DNA of 63,157 nucleotides, counting the filler, from Octopus bimaculoides (Eukaryota), in the NCBI RefSeq assembly GCF_001194135.2. It is 9 parts of 9 records of this genome, joined end to end, with 100 filler letters (N's around TTAATTAATTAA, not from the genome) between each part and the next. Parts side by side here need not be neighbours in the genome. Positions count along the whole stretch, not along the records: positions 16,255 to 34,058 come from NC_068984.1; positions 34,159 to 41,738 come from NC_068986.1; 7 more parts are not named here. One strand, 5' to 3'. Shown here in pieces: positions 24,077 to 36,330 of this stretch (positions are counted from its first letter, which is position 1; each line of letters begins with the position of its first letter). The notes beneath the pieces were generated by a model, which was not told the DNA's origin, ran no database searches, and saw nothing but the letters and a program-made list of their open reading frames with translations. The translations under genes were made by a program, and so were the position numbers.

Positions 24077-24267
24077 NNNNNNNNNNCACATATATATATA
24101 TATATGTCTGTTTGTATATATATGTGCATAAATGGACATGTATATATGCATGCACATATACGTGTATGAGTGAGTGTGTGTGTAAACCTAAGTTTCCTAT
24201 TAAGTGGAAATATTTACAAATATAGCCTTGTAATTACATGCACACACAAACACATGCACGCGCACAA

Positions 24268-24310
<43 letters not shown>

Positions 24311-24484
24311 TAGCTATAAAGCGTTCATAATTCATAACATTGTTTTAATATAAAATAGCTCCACTCTATTACCTTTTATTGAATGCGGTATTATTTTCTG
24401 ACTCATACACTTTTCTTACAGATCATATGCATCATACATACCTACATACATAAATACATAAATACATACATGCGTACATGCATA

Positions 24485-24544
<60 letters not shown>

Positions 24545-24599
24545 GTATATATATGTATTAAAACAGGCTTTCTACTAACAATTACAATATTATTTTCTT

Positions 24600-25020
24600 G
24601 AAAGGCAGCGAGCTGGCAGATACGTTAGCACGCCGGGCGAAATGCTTAGCGGTATTTTGTCTATCTTTACGTTCTGAGTTCAAATTCCGCCGAGATTGAC
24701 TTGGCCCTTCATCCTCTCGGGGTCGATAAATTAAGTACCATTTACGCACTGGGGTCGATGTAATCGACTTAAACCGTTTGTCTGTCCTTGTTTGTCCCCT
24801 CTGTATTTAGCCCCTTGTGGGTAGTAAAGAAATAAGAAACGTTAGCACGCCGAACGAAATGTTTAGCGGTATTTCGTCAGCCTTTACGTTCTGAGTTCAA
24901 ATTCCGCCGAGGTTGACTTTGCCTTTCATCCTCTCAGGGTCGATAAATTAAATACCAGTTGTGTACTGGGGTCGATCTAGTCTCCCCCAAATTTCGGGCC
25001 TTGTGCCTAAAGTAGAAAAG
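24600..25020 (+). mobile_element. Dimeric family A SINE
   Basis: Same aaagaaataag/aaacgttagcac junction as 15450-15765. Confidence 0.9.
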
Positions 25021-25934
25021 AATATTATTTTCTTCAAATATAGTAAAGCTCAACATTAAATGATGTGTCTCAGTTGAATTTTTTTTTAAATATTGCACAC
25101 GCGTCAAANNNNNNNNNNNNNNNNNNNNNNNNNNNNNNNNNNNNNNNNNNNNNNNNNNNNNNNNNNNNNNNNNNNNNNNNNNNNNNNNNNNNNNNNNNNN
25201 NNNNNNNNNNNNNNNNNNNNNNNNNNNNNNNNNNNNNNNNNNNNNNNNNNNNNNNNNNNNNNNNNNNNNNNNNNNNNNNNNNNNNNNNNNNNNNNNNNNN
25301 NNNNNNNNNNNNNNNNNNNNNNNNNNNNNNNNNNNNNNNNNNNNNNNNNNNNNNNNNNNNNNNNNNNNNNNNNNNNNNNNNNNNNNNNNNNNNNNNNNNN
25401 NNNNNNNNNNNNNNNNNNNNNNNNNNNNNNNNNNNNNNNNNNNNNNNNNNNNNNNNNNNNNNNNNNNNNNNNNNNNNNNNNNNNNNNNNNNNNNNNNNNN
25501 NNNNNNNNNNNNNNNNNNNNNNNNNNNNNNNNNNNNNNNNNNNNNNNNNNNNNNNNNNNNNNNNNNNNNNNNNNNNNNNNNNNNNNNNNNNNNNNNNNNN
25601 NNNNNNNNNNNNNNNNNNNNNNNNNNNNNNNNNNNNNNNNNNNNNNNNNNNNNNNNNNNNNNNNNNNNNNNNNNNNNNNNNNNNNNNNNNNNNNNNNNNN
25701 NNNNNNNNNNNNNNNNNNNNNNNNNNNNNNNNNNNNNNNNNNNNNNNNNNNNNNNNNNNNNNNNNNNNNNNNNNNNNNNNNNNNNNNNNNNNNNNNNNNN
25801 NNNNNNNNNNNNNNNNNNNNNNNNNNNNNNNNNNNNNNNNNNNNNNNNNNNNNNNNNNNNNNNNNNNNNNNNNNNNNNNNNNNNNNNNNNNNNAAAGAGT
25901 CAGAAAATTTGAGGCGAAGAGTTCGCCATTACCT

Positions 25935-26052
25935 TCTGCCGGAACCGCGTGAAGCTTAGTTGTTTCGCTCATAAACACACATCACCCAGTCTGAGATTAG
26001 AACCCGCGATCCCTCGACCACGCTGCTCTAACCACTAGGCCATGTGCCTCCA
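25935..26052 (-). mobile_element. tRNA-derived SINE head (related to 55657-56030)
   Basis: Reverse complement ggaggcacatggcctagtggttagagcagc...gatcgcgggttctaatctc. Confidence 0.7.
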
Positions 26053-26148
26053 CTTCGTTGTATTTAAAGGTAAAATATTTAAAGAATGATGCATTGTCAA
26101 GAGTCGTCTGCTTAAACTCAATAAAATAAAAAACTGGATCTGTTTATA

Positions 26149-26275
26149 CAGGGTGTCCACAAAGTCTGGGTACATGGAAATTAACACATACTTTAAGAAA
26201 TTATTATTTCTTATATTTAATTGTTTATGATATGATTTTATTTACTCCATGTACCCAGACTTTGTGGACACCCTG
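26149..26275. mobile_element. 127-bp Tc1/mariner-type MITE with perfect 30-bp TIRs and TA TSD
   Basis: CAGGGTGTCCACAAAGTCTGGGTACATGGA at 26149-26178, exact reverse complement at 26246-26275, TA on both sides. Confidence 0.95.
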
Positions 26276-26304
26276 TAGAGTGAAAATTCGAGAAAAATGA
26301 CAAT

Positions 26305-26475
26305 TCTTTTCTACTCTAGGCACAAGGCCCGAAACTTTTGGTGAGGGAGCTAGTTGATTAGATCGACCCCAGTACGCCACTGGTACTCAATCTTTCGAAC
26401 CCGAAAGGATGAAAGGCAAAGTCGACCTCGGCGGAATTTGAACTCAGAACATAAAGGCAGACGAAATACCGCTAA
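26305..26475 (-). mobile_element. Family A SINE
   Basis: Reverse complement of the family A body and tail. Confidence 0.85.
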
Positions 26476-26707
26476 AGAAAAATGACTATTAATATGTAAG
26501 TAAGACGGTGTGGTTAAGAGGTTCACTGTGCAACTAAGTGGTTTAGGTTTCAGTCCTGGTGTGCGGCACATTAGGTAATGGATCGACCAATCCCTGCTTT
26601 TGGAACAAATTTAATAGACGGAAACTATGTAGAAAGTCTTTCGTAACACATATACGCGCGCGCGAGTGTAAAACGAAGGACTTCCACACAGTTTCCGCTC
26701 ACTAAAT

Positions 26708-26928
26708 ATCCGGTGGGTGCTGAAAGTTCCTGGCTTTGGATAAAAGAAAATGCAGGAAGATCAGTTAATCATGATTTTATTCAGCATATTCTCCTCTCGG
26801 ATTCACACACTTATTGCAGCGGTCCTTCGGTTTTTCTAAGCCCTGTAAAAGAACTCGGGAGGTTGGTCCTCCAACCTGGCTTTTCGCGAAGCCCTTAAAC
26901 CCAGGAACTTTTTAGCAGCTCCTGGTAT
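26708..26928. mobile_element. Non-autonomous mariner derivative
   Basis: Imperfect TIRs gtgctgaaagttcctgg / ccaggaactttttagcagc; the minus strand retains a mariner-like C-terminal peptide (FTGLRKTEGPLQ*VCE..RRIC). Confidence 0.7.
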
Positions 26929-26949
26929 ACGTTTGTATATATATGTATG

Positions 26950-27125
26950 TGGATTAGTGGTTAGAGTATTATGCTCAAGATCATAAGCTTGTGGTTTCGG
27001 TTCCTGGGCCGGGTGATGCGTTGTGTTTTGAGCAAAGCACTTCATTTCACGTTGCTCCAGTTCACTCAGTTGGAAAAAGTGAATAATCTTGCGATGGACC
27101 GACGTCTTGTCCAGGGGCAGGGAAG
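26950..27125 (+). mobile_element. tRNA-derived SINE with CORE-like segment and V-domain-like motif
   Basis: tagtggttag A-box; ggtttcggttcc B-box-like; ttgagcaaagcactt; tgcgatggaccgacgtcttgtccagggg. Confidence 0.6.
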
Positions 27126-27139
27126 AATATATACACCAC

Positions 27140-27295
27140 AGAATGATACAAGATCACCATGTCGTGCAGATATAGTTGTGATGCATGTGCCTGGTGTACC
27201 CTTATCAGACGAGTAATCATGATGGGTATACTGGGCTTTATATATTTTACCCCAGTGTCATTTTGATGGCATGCACTGCTCTCTCACATATAAAT
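27140..27295. mobile_element. Terminal fragment of the ~550-bp TG...CA family
   Basis: agatcaccatgtcg...ggtgtacccttatcagacg...ggcatgcactgctctctca. Confidence 0.8.
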
Positions 27296-27964
27296 GTTTT
27301 TTAATTTTTTTAAAGTTAAAAAAATCAACTAACAACAGTTTATTATTTTTTCCGATGATTTCCTGAAGAAGGGCTGCTAAGCCAAAAATATGGAAATACC
27401 AAGTAACAGTACTAATCATTGACCAGTATTAGTAATTTTATATCACTTGCATTGTTTTCACCTTTAAAAAACTGAAATCATTTATATGTATGTGTGTGTT
27501 TGTGTATCGAGAGGCAGGAAAAGATAGATAGATAGATAGCCCCACACAAGCGTGCACTACGCACAATGTATTGTGTGCGTGAGCGCGCGCGTGTATGTGT
27601 GTATGTGGGTGTGTCCGCGGGCATTGTATTTTAAGGTGATGGGGCACATGTTCGAAAGTCATAGATTCGATAAATTTCTCTTTACACCCAGTCTACCTAA
27701 TTGAAAATGAGTACCACCCAGTGTTGGTCCACACCCGCCTTGCTTCCCTCTCTCCAGTTGTCACAGTCTGGGTGTTTCTCTTAGTCGAGAGTGGGAGGAC
27801 CAAGAAGGCGTCTATGTCTTAAAACAATTTGCGAGAACATTATGTGCTATCATAGGTGATTATTATGTGCCAGCGAGCGATAATTATGATTACACACACA
27901 CACACACACACACAGACATGCACACACACACACACACAGACATGCACACACACACACACACACA

Positions 27965-28170
27965 CCTTTTATTTTTTACCTGTTACAGTCATTAGACTGC
28001 GGCCATGGTACCGTTTTGAATACTTACTCAAATGAATAGACCCCAGCGTTTTTTTTTTATATATATCTTAAGCCCAGTACTTATTCTGTCGGTCTCTTTT
28101 ACCGAACTGCTATGTTACAGGGATATAAAAAGACCAACACCGGTTGTCATGCGGTAGTGGGGGACAAACA
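27965..28170 (-). mobile_element. Family B SINE, 3' part
   Basis: Reverse complement of the tail. Confidence 0.75.
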
Positions 28171-28181
28171 CACACATGCGT

Positions 28182-28262
<81 letters not shown>

Positions 28263-28559
28263 NNNNNNNNNNNNNNNNNNNNNNNNNNNNNNNNNNNNNN
28301 NNNNNNNNNNNNNNNNNNNNNNNNNNNNNNNNNNNNNNNNNNNNNNNNNNNNNNNNNNNNNNNNNNNNNNNNNNNNNNNNNNNNNNNNNNNNNNNNNNNN
28401 NNNNNNNNNNNNNNNNNNNNNNNNNNNNNNNNNNNNNNNNNNNNNNNNNNNNNNNNNNNNNNNNNNNNNNNNNNNNNNNNNNNNNNNNNNNNNNNNNNNN
28501 NNNNNNNNNNNNNNNNNNNNNNNNNNNNNNNNNNNNNNNNNNNNNNNNNNNNNNNNNNN

Positions 28560-28636
<77 letters not shown>

Positions 28637-28645
28637 TAGCCTCAT

Positions 28646-28676
<31 letters not shown>

Positions 28677-28849
28677 CATTCATATACATACATACATACA
28701 TACATACACACACACATATATGGATATATATAACATTGACTGTAAAAAGGATTTAGATAATCCTATCAGGTGGTGCTATTAAGTTAGACATAGCCTGAAC
28801 TAATCTTTGGTCGAAACATATCTAAGTTTATCTATAATTACATGTTTAT

Positions 28850-28853
28850 TTAG

Positions 28854-28887
<34 letters not shown>

Positions 28888-29066
28888 CTGTATGTTTGTC
28901 CCCCACCTTCGCTTGACAACCTGTGTTGGTTTGTTTGCATTTCCTTAACATAGCGGTTCTGCAAAAGAAACCGATAGAATAAGTATCAGGCTTTAAAAAG
29001 AAATAATGAATACTTCACAGTGGTATCCCAGCATGGCTGCAGTCCAATGACTGAAACAAGTAAAAG
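28850..29066 (+). mobile_element. Family B SINE, 3' part
   Basis: tcgcttgacaac...gatagaataagta...ccagcatggctgcagtccaatgactgaaacaagtaaaag. Confidence 0.8.
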
Positions 29067-29745
29067 CTNNNNNNNNNNNNNNNNNNNNNNNNNNNNNNNN
29101 NNNNNNNNNNNNNNNNNNNNNNNNNNNNNNNNNNNNNNNNNNNNNNNNNNNNNNNNNNNNNNNNNNNNNNNNNNNNNNNNNNNNNNNNNNNNNNNNNNNN
29201 NNNNNNNNNNNNNNNNNNNNNNNNNNNNNNNNNNNNNNNNNNNNNNNNNNNNNNNNNNNNNNNNNNNNNNNNNNNNNNNNNNNNNNNNNNNNNNNNNNNN
29301 NNNNNNNNNNNNNNNNNNNNNNNNNNNNNNNNNNNNNNNNNNNNNNNNNNNNNNNNNNNNNNNNNNNNNNNNNNNNNNNNNNNNNNNNNNNNNNNNNNNN
29401 NNNNNNNNNNNNNNNNNNNNNNNNNNNNNNNNNNNNNNNNNNNNNNNNNNNNNNNNNNNNNNNNNNNNNNNNNNNNNNNNNNNNNNNNNNNNNNNNNNNN
29501 NNNNNNNNNNNNNNNNNNNNNNNNNNNNNNNNNNNNNNNNNNNNNNNNNNNNNNNNNNNNNNNNNNNNNNNNNNNNNNNNNNNNNNNNNNNNNNNNNNNN
29601 NNNNNNNNNNNNNNNNNNNNNNNNNNNNNNNNNNNNNNNNNNNNNNNNNNNNNNNNNNNNNNNNNNNNNNNNNNNNNNNNNNNNNNNNNNNNNNNNNNNN
29701 NNNNNNNNNNNNNNNNNNNNNNNNNNNNNNNNNNNNNNNNNNNNN

Positions 29746-30070
29746 CTTAATTTATCGACCCCGAAAGGATGAAAGTCAAAGTCGACCTCGGCAGAATTTG
29801 AACTCAGAACGCAGCAACGAGCGAAATACCGCTAGGCATTTCGTCCAGCGCGCTAACGATTCTTTTCTACTCTAAGGACAAGGACCGAAATTTTGAGGGA
29901 GGGGGCCAGTCGATTAGATCGACCCCAGTTCGCAACTGGTACTTAATTTATCGACCCCGAAAGGATGAAAGTCAAAGTCGACCTCGGCAGAATTTGAACT
30001 CAGAACCCAGCAACGAGCGAAATACCGCTAAGCGTCCAACGCGCTAACGATTCTGCCAGCTCACCGCCTT
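29746..30070 (-). mobile_element. Head-to-tail family A SINE pair
   Basis: Two near-identical copies sharing private substitutions. Confidence 0.88.
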
Positions 30071-30244
30071 TATCTCACATAGATCATCTTGAATCTGTAT
30101 CAGTATAGAATTGATACTTGTTCTATTGATACCTGATAGGATGAAAGGAAATGGCAATATCGATCTCAGCAGTATATAAAATCAGAAGCTAGAAGGGCAA
30201 AAATCTAAACACTGTAAGGTATTTTGTCCGAAGCTCTACAATAT

Positions 30245-30420
30245 AGAATGCGCGTGGCCAAGCAGTTAGAAGGAATGCACTCATGATCGCGAGATTGTGG
30301 TTTCGATTCTCGGACAAGGTGGCGCATTATGTTCTTGAGAAAAAACATTTCATCTCACGTTATTCCGCGATGACGTCGACACCTGACGTGTGACACATTA
30401 TGCACCTATACAGGATTCGA
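30245..30420 (+). mobile_element. tRNA-derived SINE head, partial
   Basis: gcgcgtggccaagcagttag...gtggtttcgattctc...gttcttgag. Confidence 0.55.
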
Positions 30421-30502
30421 CCCCTGACCTGTAGGGCATAATGCACCTGTACACATGATGTCGATTTCGTAGAGAGAGTGAACTTAATGTACAGTTCATG
30501 CA

Positions 30503-31080
30503 AGGCAGCGAGCTGGCAGAAACGTTAGCACGCCGGGAGAAATGCTTAGCGGTATTTCGTCTGCCGCTACGTTCTGAGTTCAAATTCCGCCGAGGCCGAC
30601 TTTGCCTTTCATCCTTTCGGGGTCGATAAATTAAGTACCAGTTACGCACTGGGGTCGATATAATCGACTTAATCCGTTTGTCTGTCCTTGTTTGTCCCCT
30701 CTGTGTGTAGCCCCTTGTGGGCAGTAAAGAAATAGGTATTTCGTCTGCCGTTACGTTCTGAGTTCAAATTCCGCCGAGGTCGACTTTGCCTTTCATCCTT
30801 TCGGGTCGATAAATTAAGTACCAGTTACGCACTGGGGTCGATGTAATCGATTTAATCCGTTCATCTGTCCTTGTTTGTTCAATCTATGTTTAGCCCCTTG
30901 TGGGCAATAACGAAATAGGTATTTCGTCTGCCGCTACGTTCTGAGTTCAAATTCCGCCGAGGTCGACTTTGCCTTTCATCCTTTCGGGGTCGATTAAATA
31001 AGTACCAGTTACGCAGTGGGACTGAACCCGGAACCATGTGGTTGAGAAGCAAGCTTCTTCCCACACAGCCACCCCTGCAT
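30503..31080 (+). mobile_element. Family A SINE trimer fused to an antisense family B head
   Basis: One full and two 5'-truncated units restarting at ggtatttcgtctgccg; switches to reverse family B at acgcagtggg. Confidence 0.88.
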
Positions 31081-31224
31081 GAGTAATATATAACGACAGC
31101 GGAGTAACACATAACTGTGTAACATGGTTTTCGTCCCTGAGTAGTAACTGCTATTTCCTACTTACTTATCTCTGGAATGAATGAAAAATGGCTTATATTT
31201 CCTTCGAAATTTGCTTTTGTCACA

Positions 31225-31395
31225 TTTATTCAAACCCCTAAAGAATTAATTCCTCGCAACATATGGCTATGATGCTTCCTTACTACTCAGAGATGCACAT
31301 ATTGTCAGCCACTAAAAGACATGCTCTAGTTGTGAAGGTCAAGCAACTGACAAGCAAATCTGTGATATTGAGCAGAATATTTGCTATAACGATAT
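31225..31395. mobile_element. Internal fragment of the ~550-bp TG...CA family
   Basis: ttattcaaaccc..aaagaatt...ggctatgatgct...caactgacaagcaaatctgtg..attgagcagaatatttgct. Confidence 0.75.
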
Positions 31396-31853
31396 TTCTG
31401 CTTCAGCAACTGAGTGGTGAATCTGTTTGAAACACAAAGGAAAATAGGTCAGCTTCAAAACATTCATGTCCAGGTCACAAAAGCAAAATTTGAAAGGAAC
31501 ATTAGGCATTTCCTTTGATTTCTAGATAGAAGCAAATAGAAAATAAGTAAAAATTTTGTCACACAATGTAATTAACGAGAGGTACGCTAGCTTGCAGTGA
31601 CGAGTTCAAATTCAGCTGTCTGTATGGATGAGGTAAATAGCCATTAGAATACCCCCAGCCCCATCAAATACCACCACAACTACACTGCCAACAAAAAGAC
31701 CCTCGAGTAACCTTCATGTCTTGCTCCTTAAACTCACATAATCTGTTTTGGAAATCTCAGACTTCCAGGCGATAGAGAAGGGCTTTCCACAAGCAATGCA
31801 GTGCTTAACGCTGTTTTATATTCGAAATACCTACAGAGGTAGAGGTAGTCATA

Positions 31854-32023
31854 GAATAAGTATGGTGCTTATTCTATGTTCACTTTTGCCGAAGCGCTAA
31901 GTTACGGGGGACGTAAACAAAACAACATCGATTGCCAAGATGCAGTGGTGGTGGTGGTGCTACTGGGGGACAAACACACACACACACAAATACATACACA
32001 CACGCATATTCATACATATACAG

Positions 32024-32065
<42 letters not shown>

Positions 32066-32254
32066 TTAAATACGGGAGGATGGGCTGCACACTTCCACAG
32101 TTTTCGTCCACCAGATTCACTCACAAGGCATTGATCGGCTCAGGGCTATAATAAAGACACTTGCCCAAGATGTTAGATGTCGCGCAGTAGGACTGAACCT
32201 GAAACCACATGGCTGCAAAGCGAGCTTCTCGACCTTACAGTCATGCCTGCACTT
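31854..32254 (-). mobile_element. Family B SINE
   Basis: Reverse complement of the head, CORE and 3' body. Confidence 0.82.
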
Positions 32255-32269
32255 GAGTAGTGCGAAACA

Positions 32270-32660
32270 TAAAGGAGATTCGGCTGCTATTTCTAGGATG
32301 TCCAACGACCGCGTGTAGGCTCCACCTTGCAAACTCGAAATTATTGTTGTTGTTGGTGTTGTATACGTATTGTTGCCGATGCAGCTGCTGTTGATGTATT
32401 TGTTGCCGCTGCTGTATATTCTGCAGGCGATGCGGATGCAACATTTTCATGCAGGTGATGTTTCTGCTGCTGTTGATGATGGCCTGTGAGCCCTGAAAGC
32501 ATGTGATAAGCCAGAAATCATGTGATATTCCCAAATCATGTGATGGACCTCAAATCATGTGATAGTCAAACTTTAGGTGAACAATAGCTACACTTGATCG
32601 AATTCCATGGTGACCAGTGTGTGACACATGGATGACAGAATTGTGTGTATGCATGTGTGT
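32270..32660. repeat. Second copy of the CATGTG-array dispersed repeat
   Basis: Collinear with 18960-19400. Confidence 0.75.
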
Positions 32661-33092
32661 GTGTGCATGTGTGCGTGTGTGTGTGTGTGATTGTTTCATT
32701 GTATGTGTATGTGCGTATGTCACTGTGAATGGATGTACAAGTGATTAGACGTTAATGTGTATGTTTGTGTGAGTGTGTGTGTGTATATCATTGCATGGTA
32801 TACGAATAAAAGAACATGTATGTGTGTATATCATACTTTTACTTGTGTCCATATACATATATACATGAGCGTATTAATTTCTCTTTGTGCATGCATGCAT
32901 ACACACACGCACACATGCATGTGTGTGTGTTTGTGTGTATGTCTGTATGTTTGTAACATTGCATGTGTGCCATAACCTGTTTCCCTGTGAATGTATGTAT
33001 ATATACACACACACATACACACACATGCACATACATGCATATATCCATAGATACAAATCGCTCTCTCCCTTTCAATATATATATACATATGC

Positions 33093-33161
<69 letters not shown>

Positions 33162-33564
33162 TATATANNNNNNNNNNNNNNNNNNNNNNNNNNNNNNNNN
33201 NNNNNNNNNNNNNNNNNNNNNNNNNNNNNNNNNNNNNNNNNNNNNNNNNNNNNNNNNNNNNNNNNNNNNNNNNNNNNNNNNNNNNNNNNNNNNNNNNNNN
33301 NNNNNNNNNNNNNNNNNNNNNNNNNNNNNNNNNNNNNNNNNNNNNNNNNNNNNNNNNNNNNNNNNNNNNNNNNNNNNNNNNNNNNNNNNNNNNNNNNNNN
33401 NNNNNNNNNNNNNNNNNNNNNNNNNNNNNNNNNNNNNNNNNNNNNNNNNNNNNNNNNNNNNNNNNNNNNNNNNNNNNNNNNNNNNNNNNNNNNNNNNNNN
33501 TATACATATATGTACATTTTTAAAATACATATATATGTGTGTGTGTGTGTATGTGTGTGTGTGT

Positions 33565-33617
<53 letters not shown>

Positions 33618-34010
33618 GGAAGGCAACCCGCTGGTATAGTTATTCTCCCACTTTACCATTTTCGAAAAATTTGTATCCCTCTTTCTGCCTTCTCCCCTCC
33701 GTCTGTAATGTTATTTAAATTTGCTAATATCTTAGATTTACCTATATCTTATATATCTTATATATTCATTATGTATCTTGATTACGTAATAATAGAATTA
33801 ATGATGTTTATTCCCAATGAAACAGCTGTTGAAATTAATTACATTATCATGTACCTATACAAGTTATACTCTTCTCTTTTCTCTAAATATACACTACCCT
33901 TAAGCATAATTTTAGCCAATTATGTATGTATGTATGTATGTACGTATGTATGTATATCAAGTTCGTTGTTCCCCCATTGGCCTGTGTCTTCTGATTTTTG
34001 TACAATTTTG

Positions 34011-34058
<48 letters not shown>

Positions 34059-34286
34059 NNNNNNNNNNNNNNNNNNNNNNNNNNNNNNNNNNNNNNNNNN
34101 NNTTAATTAATTAANNNNNNNNNNNNNNNNNNNNNNNNNNNNNNNNNNNNNNNNNNNNTGTATGTATGTATATATATTAAAGGAAAATGGAAAAGAAAAC
34201 CAAGGCAGGAGGAGTATCTCAGGTCATTTAGAATATTTAATTCGAGTAAAGTGAATTAAAAAATGGTGAAGTAGAAGTAATTAATG

Positions 34287-34360
34287 TCTTACAGCTGTTT
34301 CTGAGATACCCCAGGTGATGGGTCAACATCTCCATACACTGGGTATTTCAACATCAGAAA
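34287..34360 (-). ncRNA. Type I hammerhead ribozyme fold with extended stem II (degenerate core)
   Basis: Minus strand: CTGATG(T), TGAAATACCCAG...CTGGGGTATCTCA, GAAAC-AGCT-GTA; palindromic helix III. Confidence 0.55.
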
Positions 34361-35014
34361 TAAGGTGTGTATGTAGGAAAGTTCCAGACAGAATTCACAG
34401 TGTATAAAAGAATAAAACAGCTGATAGAAGAATAAAGACAGGAGAATAAAGTTCACAGCTCATCTTGTTCCAGAGGGTATGGAAATTAGTTCTTACTTCT
34501 CTGAAGGTATAGCTCCTTAAGTATAATCCCAGGTGAATCCAGGCAGTATTGAAAATTAAAGATGTTATTTTCTCTATTCTTGTTTATGTTCTTTTATATT
34601 CCGAATTTCTTGAAATTCTTCTGAGAAATATTTGGATTTACTTGTCATTTGTGAAGACTTACCTTGAGTGATAATTCTACTTGAATTTATTGATATCCAA
34701 TTGTTTAATATAGTTAACCAAATCCAGGCAGATATCTATATGGACTGCTTTATAGATGTCTGCCTGGATTTATTAATACCTTTTACTTCTAATTCATCAT
34801 TATATATATGCATGCATGTATATGCACGTACATATGTATATATATGTATGTATGTATATGTATGTATGCATATATATATATATATATAAGCAATGTTAAT
34901 TCTCTAAATGAAGTNNNNNNNNNNNNNNNNNNNNNNNNNNNNNNNNNNNNNNNNNNNNNNNNNNNNNNNNNNNNNNNNNNNNNNNNNNNNNNNNNNNNNN
35001 NNNNNNNNNNNNNN

Positions 35015-36330
35015 TTAGAAGAAAGCAACGATATTCTTTTACCTATATTATCTGTCAACGATTTTGTTAATTGGGGGTGGATGATTACTATTAGCATTAA
35101 TATATCTAAGGTTTTCATTAACTTTATGGAATGGTTGGGTTTTACCTGTTATTAAATTAAAATTAGCATCTAAGTAATTAACATTATAGTTCTCATTATA
35201 TATAGTAATACTTAATCTATTTCTTAAAAAAAAAACTATATAGTTTCTTCTTATATAATTCTAGTGTTCTATTAGTGCAATTCTTAGTTATTAATAAAAG
35301 GTCATCCCTATATAAACCACCCTCCAACTTTAAATTTTCTAATTGAAGTTCCGATAATAAATAAATACCTACTAAATCAGTTACCTGTGCAGAATCAGGT
35401 GTCCCCATAGGTATATCAAAATAGTCCCTAGTATCCTTCCTAGCCCACAATTTATTATTATATCTAACCAACGATTTCCTAGCCGTTTTAACTACATTAG
35501 CTTCATCATAAGTCATTCCTATCTTATTCATTGCATAAATTAGGGCCTTATTAAGTACAATCTCATTAATAGAAGAAGAATAATTATCTATATCTATTTG
35601 AATGAATTTATATCTATTTTTATATTTGGTATTATTAAACCATTTTAAAGTATCATTAGTACTAGTCCAAAGTTTAAGGTAATTAATTTCATTTAATCTG
35701 TTAATATATTTATCTAAAATGATCTTACTTAATTTACCTAGATCTGATTTACATGGACAAATAAGTCTAACTTTGGGGTCAGAATAAAAATTATCCTTAT
35801 GGTCTTTTAAAGCAATTCTAGGGTGCATAAGGTTCAGTTTTATTATCTAAGTTATATTTCATCATGATTAATTTAGAGGCCTTATTTATATTATAAAGAG
35901 TATTTTCTGGGACAATTTTATATTTTTTTTATTTATTTCTTTCTCTAATAGGTTATCATATAATTTAACATCTAGTTTATACAGGTTCCTAGTTAGATTT
36001 CTTAAATATTCATTATGTCTGTTTGGGTATTTATGAAATTTAACATTTTTCACCACCTTCCAAATATTATCCTATAAAAGCTGTATATCCCTATTATACG
36101 GGGATTCCTTTCTAGATTTAAATTTTGAATTTATATAATTAGTATTTTCTACATCGTTAATTTTAGATATGTTACAGTTATTGTAGAAGGCTTTCCATTT
36201 AATCCTATTAATAAAATCGTTAATATTATTAATAAGTTTCAAAATATATTCTTTTCTAGATGGTATAGGAATATCCTTCAGAGATGAATTCCAAAATAGC
36301 GGTTCTATCTTACCTGTAAGTTCCATAACT
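35015..36330 (-). mobile_element. Penelope-like element reverse transcriptase pseudogene (YRDD type)
   Basis: N-terminal SLKDIPIPSRKEY..FINRIKWKAF..FKSRK; IALKDHK..VRLICPCKSDLGKLSKIILD; FIQIDI..SSI; FDIPMGTPDSAQVTDLVG; GLYRDD; thumb NYLDANFNL..SNHPPQ..KRISLLSS; stops and frameshifts; ends at a gap. Confidence 0.88.

Noticed and set aside
27363-27392. CTGAAGA-AGGGC..GCC-AAAA hammerhead-like motif
   Set aside because: It lacks G12 and a valid cleavage triplet; counted only as a possible decayed copy.
30503-31015. Repeat array superficially resembling CRISPR or satellite DNA
   Set aside because: The units are SINE bodies without unique spacers, there are no cas genes, and the context is eukaryotic.
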